Numbered from the stretch's first letter, positions 1 through 12,771 are shown. The stretch is 64,000 bases of DNA from Sphaerodactylus townsendi (GCF_021028975.2 NC_059426.1:25296001-25360000); one strand, 5' to 3'. Numbers and translations are program-made. The notes: generated by a model not told the origin, from the sequence alone.

Positions 1-782
1 AGTTAAATGAGCATGTATTGACCAGAAACACATGCTTTACTCTTCCACTGAAATCAAGAGGACTTGCATAATGATGGCTAGATTATGCCCAATGACTTAA
101 AAACAAAACAAAACAGTGCTACAATGATATTGAGTGATGCGACACACCACCACCACCACAATTAAGTACAACTTTTACATCTCTTTTTTGTTCAGTAATA
201 ACAAGTTAAATAGGCATTTTTTGTTGCAAAAACAAATATATCAAAGATGTTAAAATATCCTCTGCCCATATATGGTTTATACCACCTTGTATACAGATAC
301 GTTCGTTTAGAAAAATACTGCAAAAATTTCTCACTATTTTGTGTGGCTAAAAAGAAGGACCAAACTTTTGAGTGCAAGCCAGAGATGTTCTAAGTCCCAG
401 TACAAAAATAAATAAATCCAACAACTCAGAACTCAAAACACTGAGAAAATGTGATGTTAGTCCATTGCGGCAAAATAAGCAAGCAAAAACAAAAAGCCCT
501 ATGGCACCTCAAAGAACAAACACATTTTTATTCTAGAATAAGCTTTTGTGGGCTGGAGCCACTCGGTGAGATTCATCGGACAATCTCTGGTTCATGAAGG
601 TTTATGCAAGAATAAAAGTCTTCAAAGTGCCGCAAGCCTATTTCTGATGCAATTTAAGCACAGTTTGGCTAAAGCAAAACACAACACAGCTTCCCTGACT
701 TCAATTAGAAAGTTAATTGTGTGTTTCAATCCTTCTCAGAGAAGCCAATGGGATTTTAAGGTGCTTAAGTTTGGCTAGAGAG

Positions 783-863
783 CAGACCTGTAGCGAGGTG
801 GAACTGCGCCCGGGGCACGTGCGCCCTGCGCCCCTGCCATTTCCCCTAGTCTCTACGCCACTG
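783..863. mobile_element. 81-bp non-autonomous hAT-type element
   Basis: CAG...CTG ends flanked by a perfect 8-bp TSD CTAGAGAG (775-782 and 864-871). Confidence 0.7.
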
Positions 864-1325
864 CTAGAGAGTATGGTCAAGTCCTGCTGGTTTCAGCAGG
901 ACTTCTTTGGGTGTGCTGCGCCTTTCTTATACGTTTGCTCTTTTTTAAAAGGGGAAAAAATCCACCTAAATGGCATGCTTTGCTTTAGGAATGCAGTCTC
1001 AGCCTTAATTGTAGACAAGTGAGCCACTAAAATTAACAGGGCTCTCTTAAACAATGAAAAGGGTAGCTTTGCCACTGATTCTGTCAGGACAGGAAGTGAC
1101 CTCTAAAGGAGTGCTGTACCAGCACAGATACTATGGAATCAAGTGACTAGCTGGGTCTATGGCACAATATTCCCCCCGCCCCCAAATTCTCCCAATTTTG
1201 CATTCCCAAATTTGCTAAGTTGTTTGACCATCACAGCACATAAAAACAAAAGTTATACTGAACAAGGGTACTGATTTTTTTCGTTAAACCATAAATTTGT
1301 TTCAAAAACACACAAACTGAAGTTC

Positions 1326-1331
1326 TTTATT
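1326..1331 (-). terminator. Candidate proximal polyadenylation signal of PLEKHA3
   Basis: AATAAA on the - strand about 200 nt after the stop codon; usage not demonstrable from sequence. Confidence 0.4.
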
Positions 1332-1527
1332 TTTTAGGAAAATACTCTTGCAAATAAACTATATAAAGATAAACTACACTTCAAAATTATTTTTTTGTTT
1401 TGTTTTTACATTATTCTATAAAGTGCAGAGAAATCCTTCAGATGGGGAACGATCTACTCCCTACAATAGTAGAATTACAGCAGCTTTTGCATAGCGTTAC
1501 TTATAGAAAGTTGCGTCTTCTTTTTCC

Positions 1528-1652
1528 TCAGGAAGTCGGAGGAAGAGTCTCTTCAAGTCTGGATTGTTTCTTAGACATTGCTGAAGTTGCTTCAGAAATT
1601 GCTGGAGGCACCAAATCCCCATTGAGAGTACCTCTGGGAAAGTAGGGCTGTC
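1528..1652 (-). CDS. PLEKHA3: PLEKHA3 exon 8 (last coding exon, stop TGA)
   Basis: RQPYFPRGTLNGDLVPPAISEATSAMSKKQSRLEETLPPTS*; total CDS 900 nt = 299 aa. Confidence 0.9.
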
Positions 1653-2565
1653 CTAGCAAAACATCAATCAAAGTATTTTAACAGTGTCTTTGGAACAACC
1701 TCTACTAGATCATTTTTAACTTAACACAACAAACAGAGCAATCAGCCTCACGCTACGTGTACAGAATCACAGGGCTGTCATCTCTGAGGCACAGTTATCA
1801 AAACACTGTTCAATGTTCCCTTAAACTTTACTTCAGACAAATTTGGGGAGAATCAAAGTTCAAAGCCACACTTCGCCACAGAAACTCACTGAGTTTCCTT
1901 AGGACAGTCACAGCCCAATCTACTTTAGAAATAGTTGTGAGGATAAAATAGAAAAAAATGATACTGTAAACTGTTTGGGGCTCCAGTAGAGGTATAAATA
2001 TCGTAATAATTACATGCAGACAGAACTTTTTCCTACCCACCAAATACATTTTTAACCCACTAAGAACAGATCAGCTTACAAGATTCTTCCTTTCTCTTCA
2101 AACCTTCCAATCTTTCTCTTCTAACCTTCCTGTTAGGTAGGTTAGTCTATGTGTTAAGGACTTGACCAAGGTACTCACAGCGCCATCAAAGACAATGGAA
2201 GTCAATGAAGGACATAACTCTTAGGAAGATGAACTTAGTTAAAACCCCACTCAACAATTAAACTTGGTGCTAAATTAAGTTATCCACTACTAGCCACTAT
2301 AGAACTATCCTAAAGAAGATTACAATTATTATCCCTACAAAGGACTGAGGGAAAGTGACAATGGGTTGAATAAAATCACATAATCAGTTCACAGGTGAGT
2401 TTTGAATAGGGGATGGGAGTGTGTCTTTTAGGCTGCTTCTCCACATGTAAAATGATGCACTTTCAATCCAATGCATTTTAGTGAGCATTTCCAAGTGTAT
2501 TTTATAATTTCATTTTGTAAAATCCAGTTACAAAGTGCAGTGAAAGTGGATTGGAGCATATGTAA

Positions 2566-2863
2566 AAGAAGAGGAAGAGTTTGGATTTATATCCCCCCTT
2601 TCTCTCCTGCAGGAGACTCAAAGCAGCTGACAATCTCCTTGCCCTTCCCCCCCTCACAACGAACACCCTGTGAGGTGGGTGGGGCTGAGAGAGCTCCGAG
2701 AAGCTGTGATTAGCCCAAGGTCACCCAGCTGGCATGTGTGGGAGTGCACAGGCTAATCTGAATTCCCCAGATAAGCCTCCACAGCTCAGGCGGCAGAGCT
2801 GGGAATCAAACCCGGTTCCTCCAGATTAGATACACAAGCTCTTAACCTCCTACGCCACTGCTG
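2566..2863 (-). mobile_element. tRNA-derived SINE (Squam3/MIR-like) with (CTT)n tail
   Basis: Pol III A/B-box-like head and CTT-repeat tail; near-identical copies elsewhere in the window. Confidence 0.85.
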
Positions 2864-3152
2864 TGAAAGAGCATAATGCAGCACATGTGAAAGAGAAATG
2901 AGTCACTATATTATGTTTCATGCACAGAATGAAATCTTTGGAGCCATTTCATGTCTCTTCAATTTTACTAATTATTTATACACTTTTCTTCCCACTGGGG
3001 ACCCAAAGAGAATTGCAATATTATTCGCTCTTACAATTTGTCTTTCTCACAATGACCTTGTTAGGTAATATAGGCTGAGAGGGAATGACTGGCCCAAGTT
3101 CACCCAAAGAACTCTCACAACAGAGTGGGGATTCAAGCTGGAGAATCCCAGA

Positions 3153-3456
3153 GGGAGCAGCAGTAGTGTAGTGGAGGTGCACTCTAATCTGAAGAACCGG
3201 GTTTGATTCCCCAATCTGCCACTTGAGCAGTGGAGGCTTCTCTGGGGAAATTGATTAGCCTATGCACTCCAACACATGCTAGCTTTCAAGTGACCTTCAG
3301 CTAGCTTCAGCTCCCATGGAGCTCTCTCTAGCCCTAACACCTGTAATTCTTACAGAGTGTTTCCATGTGAGAGGGGAAGGGAAAGGAGATTGTAAACCCC
3401 TTTGAGTCTCCTTACAGGAGAGAAAGGGGGGTAAAAATCCAAACTCTTCTTCTTCT
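3153..3456 (+). mobile_element. Same tRNA-derived SINE family, opposite orientation
   Basis: gggagcagcagtagtgtagtgg...gggtttgattccc...aaactcttcttcttct. Confidence 0.85.
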
Positions 3457-3534
3457 ACTCCACACTTTAATGACTTGCACTGGCCATAGGCTAGTATATT
3501 AGGACAACATGCCCAGCCACTATTTATAATTACT

Positions 3535-3563
3535 GAGGAGGAGGAGGAGGAGGAGGAGGAGGA
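3535..3563 (+). repeat. (GAG)n microsatellite
   Basis: Direct reading. Confidence 0.95.
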
Positions 3564-3881
3564 GAGGAAAGGCATGCTGTAAAAATAAAAATAAATTTAG
3601 TATTAAAATTGAAATATTAAAATTAATATATATTAAAATTAAAAATAAATTTTAAAATAAAATTAAAAATGCTATTTTTAACAACATACCCATTTCTTTG
3701 CTAAATATGCAACTTAATAATTGGCATATTTGGCAAAGGCTCATGGGTATTTAAAAATTAATTAATTCATTTTAATTTTTATATCCTGCCCATCCCAGAA
3801 GGGCTCAGGATGGCAACAATATTTTAAACCTACATTACAGTTAAAAATCATAATTTTAAAAATGCTCGCCATAACTTAAAA

Positions 3882-4067
3882 CAGTGGTTCTCAACCTGGG
3901 GGTCGGGACCCCTTTGGGGGTCGAATGACCCTTTCACAGGGGTCGCCTAAGACACTCTGCATCAGTGTTCTCCCTCTGTAAAATGGATAAATGTTAGGGT
4001 TGGGGATCACCACAACATGAGGAACTGTAGTAACGGGTCACGGCATTAGGAAGGTTGAGAACCACTG
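3882..4067. mobile_element. SPIN/URR1-like hAT MITE
   Basis: TIR CAGTGGTTCTCAACCT; perfect TSD ACTTAAAA; subterminal sequence matches the recalled URR1/SPIN consensus. Confidence 0.85.
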
Positions 4068-5217
4068 ACTTAAAAGACAGCCCAAAGACAGGACCATTCC
4101 TGCTATAAGACAACCTTTTTTATTGCACAGAGCCAGTGGGCCTGTGTGATGCCTGGGTGTGAGGCACTTGTGCATGGCCTGGTAAGGAAGCATGGCTATG
4201 TGGGGGTGGGCTTTTTGCCCCCCATGTGACCTACAATGGTGCCACCTGGGACAAATGTCCCCAGATGTCCCTACTGTAGCTATGCCACTGGCTGTGGGGA
4301 GAGGAAGGGAAAGGAGTTTGTAAGCCGCTTCGAGACTTTTCCCCACTGCCCAGTATTAACATGACCAGGGAAACACAGAACTAGAACTTCTAAAACTTCT
4401 CTAAAATTATGGACTTAAGCCAATGTCCACTCTTGGCCAGACATTTAACTCTGGTTGAAATTGTCTGTATGATTCACACTCATAGAGTTGCCCTAAATCC
4501 GTGGTGGCGAACCTTTGGCACTCCAGATGTTATGGACTACAATTCCCATCAACCCCTTCCAGCATGGCCAATTTGCTATGCTGGCAGTTTATTTTAAATC
4601 TGTAGTCCATAACACATCTGGAGTGCTAAAGGTTCCATGCAATTACCGTCTTCCTAAATAATACACTACGACATACGAAAAGTAAATGAAAGCAAGACAT
4701 GAGAGGGTAAGAACAAAAGAGGACTAAGGAAGCCACAGTTCTCAGTTTGCAAGACCTAAGCAAGGCTAGCAATTAAAAGATTTTGGAAGACACTGATTTT
4801 ATAGGGTCGCCATGAGTCAGAAGGGACTTGACAGTACTTAATACACATACATAAAATTCCCCTCATCTGTTCTTTCCATCATTGTCTTTTACCGGTAAGC
4901 ATTAAAGACATTTCTGTTCTGTTTGGCTACCCTTCCTTCTCACTGACTTTCCTCCCTGTTTTTGTGTCTGTGTTTTCATGTACGTACTTGAAGCTTATCT
5001 TGTTTCCTCACTAACTCTCTCCTGATCATGTACCTATACATTCATATGTATGTAGCTGTTTTTTAATTGTTTTGTATGTATATATGTATTTTAATAGGTT
5101 TTAATGCTTTTGATTGATTGTTGCCTTGGGGACCATAAATTGAGAGGAACAGCGGCTTTTAAATAAACGAAAGGCAGGAAATAAAAAGCCCACTCACTGT
5201 GCAATGCAGTAGGCTAA

Positions 5218-5368
5218 GGCCCCTTCCACACATGCAGAATCATGGACTTTCAATCCACTTTCAATGCACTTTGCAGATGGATTTTAGTGTGCAGAATAGC
5301 AAAATCCACTTGCAAACAATTGTGAAAGTGGATTGAAAGTGCATGATTCTGCATGTGCGGAAGGAGCC
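5218..5368. mobile_element. Palindromic PIF/Harbinger-like MITE
   Basis: GGCCCCTTCC(A/G)CACATGCAGAAT TIR; TAA/TCA 3-bp flanks; copies at about 2431, 17730, 23718, 25466-25616, 31267-31407 and 38248-38390. Confidence 0.75.
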
Positions 5369-5494
5369 TCAGTTATTTGCCTCTGAACTGTTTGTTGTCG
5401 TTACAGAGATATCTCCGCGAAAGGGCGGAGGGTGGGAAATACAGCTGAAGCATAAAAGCTCTTTGCAGGAATACATAGTTGCTCCCAAACTTAC

Positions 5495-5610
5495 GGTCTG
5501 CATCTTCGTGGTGAGTATCTAGAGAAGGCTCCATATCTGACAACGTTCTTCTGCATCGCTGCGATAATCGGTGGGATGAAGAGTTTGATTCTTTTATTGA
5601 ATGACTGCCC
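5495..5610 (-). CDS. PLEKHA3: PLEKHA3 exon 7
   Basis: GSHSIKESNSSSHRLSQRCRRTLSDMEPSLDTHHEDAD; TAG acceptor, GTAAGT donor; 116 nt. Confidence 0.94.
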
Positions 5611-6736
5611 CTACAAATTAAATAGAATTGCACATTTTACAATTCTGTGTACAAGCTGCAACTCTCTCTCATTGTAGCTTACCGCACTTTTAAAAAATGC
5701 TTGTTTAGTAAATATTTTTAATCTGTTTCATCTTATGTTCTTTTTAGTTTGCCTTCTCACTTAGACTCAAGGCAGATTAAACAGTGTAAATTAATACATA
5801 TAACAGGATGGATCATCCAGTAAGCAAAGCAATAGGATTAGGATTGTAGAAATATGAAACCAAACTAGGATTGCCATCCACCTTGCTGGAGGCAAGGCAT
5901 TCCCTACTCCCAGCCCCTCTCCCCCAGCTAGTGGGGGGATTTACTAAATGCAAATGGAGGCCAGTGTCAAGACATTAATATCAGTTTTGGAACTGAAATA
6001 ATTATGTGCCTGTTCCCATGGGAACACTCTGATTTTTGGATAAAACTCTATGGTAAAAGAAGATTCTACAATAGAGTTTTTGCCCCAAAACCAGAGTGTC
6101 CTTGTGATCATTGGCATCATGATGACATCACTTCTGGAAGTGACATCAATGCGTCAATACCAGCCTCAGTTTGCAGCTGGCAAGTTACCCCCACTGGTTG
6201 CCAGGGGGTAGCTGGCAACCTTAAACCAAGCAGAAATCTGAAATATACATGGTTCGATCTGGCAGGAGATTTTCAATAATGGAAGAGGGAAGTCAGTTTT
6301 CATTGATCCCTCTTTCCATTACAGACCTCCAACTTGTTCCACTGGGACATGCCAGGAAGAATTCCAGGCTATTGCAGGACAGGAGAGGTGACAATGTTCT
6401 GTTGTGATGGATCCAACCCATAACATTTTCCTTAAAGATGGCACAGCAAAATATGGATAGAGAGAAAGGAATAAAGTGGAGACCTCACAGGCAAACATGC
6501 ACATGTGTGCATATAAACACACATCCTTCCTCCAGCCTATCACTTCCAAAAGCCGGGCCATCTTCTGCAACACATCTGTGTTTTTGGTGAGAATAGCTAG
6601 GGCAGTGGTGGTGAACCTTTGGCACTCCAGATGTTATGGACTACAATTCCCATCAGCCCCTGCCAGCATGGCCAATTGGGTGAAGAAAGGGACCTCCCTG
6701 CAACAGCTGGGCAATAACAAACATGTTGCTATAGAT

Positions 6737-7114
6737 CAGGGGTCAGCAACCCGCGGCTCTTTTGTCCTCATACTGCGGTGATGCCAACTACGGCAAGTTG
6801 CACTTGGGATGTGGCGAGCGTGCCTCCTTCCCCACCCCCTCCTTGCTTCTTTCCTTTCTCCGGTATCCTTTCCCCTCCTTCTCTCTCTGGCACCTGGGAA
6901 GGAGAGGAAAGGGTGCCAGAGGGAGGGAGGAAGTAGGAGGGGGCGGGGAAGGAGGCTCGCTTGCCGCGTCGCAAGTGCAACTTGCCATCGTTGGTGTCGC
7001 CGCCGCTGTCTATCTCGCCTGCTCGGCTAAAGGTGGGGGTTGGGGAGGGAGGGGGTGGGGCTTGGGGAGGCGGGGCCAAATGGCTCTTTGGGTGCTAAAG
7101 GTTGCCGACCCCTG
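6737..7114. mobile_element. hAT MITE with internal inverted repeats
   Basis: TIR CAGGGGTC(A/G)GCAACC; perfect TSD CTATAGAT; second copy at 27921-28305. Confidence 0.85.
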
Positions 7115-8565
7115 CTATAGATCTATCTGGTGATCCAACTCGCTGCCACGGGGAAAAAACGTGCTTGGGGGACTTTGTACCCTGTCAGGCACTCAGAGAA
7201 TCTGCCTACAGCAGTGGTGGCGAACCTTTGGCACTCCAGATGTTATGGACTACAATTCCCATCAGCCCCTTCCAACATGGCCAATTGGCCATCACTGTCC
7301 TAGAGTTATCCTGGCATTCCCCAAAGGCTGGCCTGACATGCCCAGGAGTGGTCCTTCCCCCTAAAAATCCCCCACCCTCCAAAAAAACCCTTTGTCCAGC
7401 GCCACTGACATCTTTCCATCTTTATTGCTGTGCCCATCACATTGCACGCACACACCCTCCTCAGAGCCAGACGCTGGCCGTTTGAACCCTGGATCACTTC
7501 ATGATCAAGTCGTATTATCGATATACCCCCGACCAGGGGTCTGCAACCTGCAGCTCTCCAGATGTTCATGGACTACAAATCCCATCAGCCCCTGCCAGCA
7601 TGGCCAATTGGAATTGTAGCCTATGAACGTCTGGAGAGCTGCAGGTTGCAGACCCCTGCCCCAGACCCTATTTCTATTCCAAAATCTATTTTTCCAACCT
7701 ATCTATATCTTAGGGACTCTGTGTGTGCATGTTTGCTGAACTGAATAAGATGCTTGTGAACCTCTCATCCCTATAATAAAGACTGTCAAAATTTGTGTCA
7801 TATTCCTGTCTGTGGATTTTCTTCTGAGAGGTGATCTTTGTATACACTGGTACTAAAGATTCATTACCCAAGCCTCTTGCAAATAAGCAGTCTGCTCTTA
7901 AGCTAATTTCCACCACTATATTGAAAGACTTTGTCTCCAACCTGGGTAACAGTCTACTGTACTTTCTTTACAGATAATAGGATTTCCCCCTTTTTTTAGA
8001 CAAGCAGCCTCAGCTCTGCCCATAAGAATCAGTGTAGTGCAGTGATTAGTGTCAGACTAGGATCTGGGAGATCCAGATTTGAATCTACTTTCCACCATGG
8101 GAAGTTGGATCCTAGCAGCTTTTCCACTGGGGTGCAAGGGACGAGGGGAGGTGTTACCCAGTTCTAACTATGGCTCTGCCTCAAAGGGCCTTTGGTCTAC
8201 ATGGGTTCCCTGATCTTCAGCACAGTGATCAAAAGGGGAATGTCCTTCTAGCTTGATGCAGAGGTTAAGAGCAGTTGAATATAATCTGGAGAACCAGGTT
8301 CAGCTACCCGCTGCTCCACATGATGCCTAGTGAGTGACTTTGGGCCAGCCGCAGTTCTTTCTAGACTCTCTCAGCCCCACCTATCTCAAAAGTGCCTGTT
8401 GTGAGGAGAGGAAGGGTTTGTAAATCATAAGCCGCTTTGAGAGTCCTTAGGGGAGAGAAAAGGGGTGTGTAAAAATGAACTCTTCTGTTATTCTTCTTGT
8501 GACAGTGGGAAAGCTTGTAAGAGCCAACCCAGGGACTGCTAGAGCTGCATCTGGGGTCTGTCAAA

Positions 8566-8999
8566 AGATCAAATAAACCTTTAATTGGCATTTAAAAATA
8601 CAGAGTCAAGAACAAACAAATAGTGCAAGATTCTGAAATACAGGGGAGGATCAACATACCAGAACCTTTCCCAAGAAATCTGCAACCATCTCCAATATCA
8701 CAGATGAGCTATTATTTAACAAAAAATAAGCCCAAGGATTAGGAACAGAATGCCTAAACAGAAGAGGGATAATACAATGAAAACCAGGTCTAACATCGGT
8801 GTATTTGGGACAATCAAATAAAATGTGCAGCATCGTCTCAGGAGTATTGGTGTAATGAGAGCAAACACAGTCTTGTTTAGGGGTCCTCGAAAAATCCCCT
8901 TGAATAAAGGCTGTGGGGAAAGAGTTGCACCCAGCTCTAGTAAGGGCCCATCTTTGTTTGGGATGGAATGAAATCTTTAAATAGCAGGCCATTTGCACT
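8566..8999 (-). mobile_element. 3' remnant of an RTE-X-like LINE
   Basis: Degenerate ORF with C-terminal zinc-knuckle-like CVCS...ETMLHILFDCPKY; clade assignment is tentative. Confidence 0.6.
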
Positions 9000-9047
9000 G
9001 AAGAAGAAGAAGAAGAAGAAGAAGAAGAAGAAGAAGAAGAAGAAGAA
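9000..9047 (+). repeat. (GAA)16 microsatellite
   Basis: Direct reading. Confidence 0.97.
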
Positions 9048-9375
9048 CTTGGAAGGGTAAAATTAAGCAACTAACACTCTCCTGTTTTCTGGATGGTGCC
9101 TGGAATCTGAAGCGCACTTCGTTATATATATTTATATATAATTTTAGTTAAAGGGTGGGAAAACTGTATTAATATAAGAATAAAATCGCTATCACACTAC
9201 ACTTTATTAAAGAAACATATTCATAGGGCTGCTCACAGCCTGAAGGGACAGGCTGTTTTGGAGGGAAAACTCTCCTGAGGGCTCTTAAGGGTTTCTCACA
9301 CTGTTGTAAGCAGAGTTGCATCCTTCAAAGTCTACTGAAATACACAGAGGTAGCTCAACTTAGGATGGCATAGCC

Positions 9376-9521
9376 CAGTGGTGGCGAACCTTTGGCACTC
9401 CAGATGTTATGGACTACAATTCCCATCCGTCCCTGCCAGCATGACCAATTGGCCATGCTGGCAGGGGCTGATGGGAATTGTAGTCCATAACATCTGGAGT
9501 GCCAAAGGTTCGCCACCATGG
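9376..9521. mobile_element. 146-bp fully palindromic hAT MITE
   Basis: Near-perfect hairpin centred on CCAATTGG; TSD GCATAGCC. Confidence 0.9.
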
Positions 9522-9816
9522 GCATAGCCTTTCAGAACATAGCCCGCAGAACATGGGTCATGTGGGCGACGAGGTGCCAGGCCTTAGGGGGTAGGTGGCT
9601 GCAATCAAGGCCAAGTATTCGATATACCCCCTCAGCCAATTATCAAAAGTGCGGTCTGCAACATGCTGCTCTTCCTATCGGCCTTGCCTCCCACCAAACC
9701 CTGTTCACCTTCCTGCCGCAGGCATCGAAACATAAATCATCTTTAATTATATCACAAAAGAACAATATCTGTTGGAACACACAAATATACAAATGCAGAA
9801 GGGCAACCCACTAGGC

Positions 9817-9962
9817 CCGTGGTGGCGAACCTTTGGCACTCCAGATGTTATGGACTACAATTCCCATCAGCCCCTTCCAGCATGGCCAATTGGCCATGAT
9901 GGCAGGGGCTGATGGGAATTGAAGTCTATAACACCTGGAGTGCCAAAGGTTCGCCACCACTG
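9817..9962. mobile_element. 146-bp fully palindromic hAT MITE
   Basis: Same family; perfect TSD CACTAGGC; further full or half copies at about 4500, 6603, 7213 and 26584. Confidence 0.9.
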
Positions 9963-10195
9963 CACTAGGCATTTGGACAGCTAGACTAAAGTGATACAGG
10001 GTTGGGCGTTCCAATTTTAAAACTGTTCAATAGCAGATAATTATTTTTTATGGAATGTATATGCCCCTTCTCCAAAGGGCATATACATTTTTATGGAATG
10101 TATATGCCCCTTCTCGAGGCAGTTTACAAATAAAAGCAGTGCCAGATAATCATAAAGATAACACAGATCCTCAGTATAAGTAAAAAAGGACCTAC

Positions 10196-10239
10196 CTCTC
10201 TGAATTACAAGTACCTGGGTGGCTAACAGAACGTTTCAT
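10196..10239 (-). CDS. PLEKHA3: PLEKHA3 exon 6 (44-nt small exon)
   Basis: TTTTTAG|ATG AAA CGT TCT GTT AGC CAC CCA GGT ACT TGT AAT TCA GAG AG|GTAGGT = MKRSVSHPGTCNSER; bridges exons 5 and 7 in frame. Confidence 0.94.
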
Positions 10240-11290
10240 CTAAAAAATAATAATAAAATAATGATCAGAATTAAATCCTTTTGTTACTTATTCCTTTGTA
10301 TATTTTAATGGAAGCATTCATGTTGGTTCATTTGTTTAAATGAATGTAGAGTTGGAAGAACACAGACTGTCACTGAAGTATTGATGATACTTTGGCCACA
10401 GTCCAAAGAGAACTTTCCGGAAGTAGGTCTCACTGAATAAAAGAGGACTTACTTCTGAACAGTTCTCCTTAGGATGGCTCCCTTATTCCACCGTTATCCA
10501 AAAATTACTTGGCACAACATATACACTGGTTTTAATTTCGCCTAAACAGTCTGCGGAGCAATGCAAGCACAAAACCAGCATTTGCACTTACAACCAGAGC
10601 TCTCAGACGTTATGGATTCACACTTAAAATGTATATTGTCACTTTTTGGCAAAGCAAACTATAAAAGCCTAGATATATAATTTGAAGGCAGTAGCACGCA
10701 CAGATGCAGCGAATCAGGAGCAACAGTAGTAACTCGGCTATTTAAAAAGCGGTTGAAAAAAAATGGAAGTCTTAACTTCGCTCCAAAAATAAGTGCCCCA
10801 AGTACTGAGACCACAGCAGAGAAGGCTCTGCCTCTTGCAACAGGTCCCAGAAAGGGACTGCCAGTTTTAACCTGACACCACGGAGGGAGCAGCATTTTCC
10901 CAGCCAACCAGACCACTTGACTAATCAACAAAATTGTGAGATGGATTTCCCCAAACAGTGAATGAAAAACAGACAGGAGAGGTAGAGCTCCCTCTCTCTA
11001 TCCACCACCACACATTTTCCCTGCATAGACCAATATCTGTCCTATTTGTTATTGTCCTTATTGAATGGTTCAGCGGAAAAAAACTATTTCTGTAGGATTT
11101 TGTCATGGTGTTCTGTCTCTGGGACTTTCAGAGCTCAAAAGCGGTTTCCAGCCATTTCCACGGATCTCAGGACAAGGCCCCTTGACAGACTTGTTTGTCT
11201 TCTGTCTTGAGTCCTGATCCTAAACGTGTTTCTTTATAGACAAATCTCACCAAGTTTCCTGGGCAACGATGGTGCTAACCGAAGCAATTG

Positions 11291-11597
11291 GAAGAAGAGA
11301 AGAGTTTGGATTTATACCCCACCGTTCTCTCCTGTAAGGAGACTCAAGGTGGTTTACAAACTCCTTTCCCTTCCCCACAACACACACGTTGTGAGGTAGG
11401 TGGGGCTGAGAGAGTTCTGAAGAACTGTGACTAGCCCAAGGTCACCCAGCAGGAATGTAGGAGTGCAGAAACACATCTGGTTCACCAGATAAGCCTCTGC
11501 CACTCAAGTGGAGGGGTGGGGAATCAAACCTGGTTCTCCAGATTAGAATCCACCTGCTCTTAACCACTTCGCCATGCTGCTCTTAACCACTACACCT
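11291..11597 (-). mobile_element. tRNA-derived SINE copy
   Basis: Aligns by eye with 2566-2863. Confidence 0.85.
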
Positions 11598-12065
11598 TTT
11601 AATGACCATGGGCTTACAAGAATGTAAATCTGGTTAGGACTGCAGTATGAAAGGTTCTTCAAATATCCAAATTTAGCATCACATGTGAAAGTCAGGAGAT
11701 ACAGTGACTCCCACCACTTGTGTGTCCACTCCTGCCACTTCCAAACCATTTTATACTGAATCAAAATGGGTTGGATCCAAATGAGCTGCTCTCCTGGAAC
11801 AGCAGCGCTTACAACAAAAATAATTCTAAACTCACTAGAAATTAATGCAGCGCAGTTATACTGAAACAAAAATCAGAGACTGTGAGTGTGCAGAAAACAA
11901 TACAGATTGAAACACAGTCTTACAAGCATAGAGTAAACGTTCTTATAACAACTGAAGAGGTAATCTGATACCACAAAGGGGGTGTGCGATCAATCTAGCT
12001 TGCTCAGTCAAAATCATACAATCAATATTGGTTAAACAGACAAAAAAAGAAAGTGCAATAAAGCA

Positions 12066-12364
12066 GAAGAAGAAGAGTTTGGATTTATATCCCCCCTTTC
12101 TCTCCTGCAGGAGACTCAAAGGGGCTTACAATCTCCTTGCCCGTCCCCCCTCACAACAAACACCCTGTGAGGTAGGTGGGGCTGAGAGAGCTCCGAGAAG
12201 TGGTGACTAGCCCAAGATCTCCCAGCTGGTGTGTGTGGGAGTGTACAGGCTAATCTGAATTCCCCAGATAAGCCTCCACAGCTCAGGTGGCAGAGCTGGG
12301 AATCAAACCCGGTTCCTCCAGATTAGATACACAAGCTCTTAACCTCCTATGCCACTGCTGCTCC
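12066..12364 (-). mobile_element. tRNA-derived SINE copy (young)
   Basis: Nearly identical to 2566-2863. Confidence 0.87.
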
Positions 12365-12606
12365 AGTGAGCTGAACTCCCAAAGGATGCAAATAATCAAA
12401 CTAGTTCCTTCAGACACTTTTTACACAATGTTAAGTAGTCAGAACGAGGCAGCCAGTACGATTTTGACTGAGCAAGCTAGATCGATTGTACACACCTTTT
12501 GTGGTATTAGCTTAGCTTGCCTGTTATAAGAGCTTTTACTTGTAAGACTGTGTTTTAATCCCCACCCCATGAACCCTCAGAGAAAAAAATATTTAAAATA
12601 TCCAAC

Positions 12607-12771
12607 CATTTGTACAGGTGAAGGAGACACAGGAGAGACTAGGGGATCCGGGTGAGGCAACTGAAACATCTCTGGCTTAAACTTGGCATTAGCTATTTTC
12701 ACACATTCTTCCAGTGTCGTAATAAACGTGTCGCAGGTGGCACTAAGCAAGGAGGAAGCTTCATTCATATT
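12607..12771 (-). CDS. PLEKHA3: PLEKHA3 exon 5
   Basis: [55 protein letters not shown]; 165 nt, phase 0-0. Confidence 0.96.
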
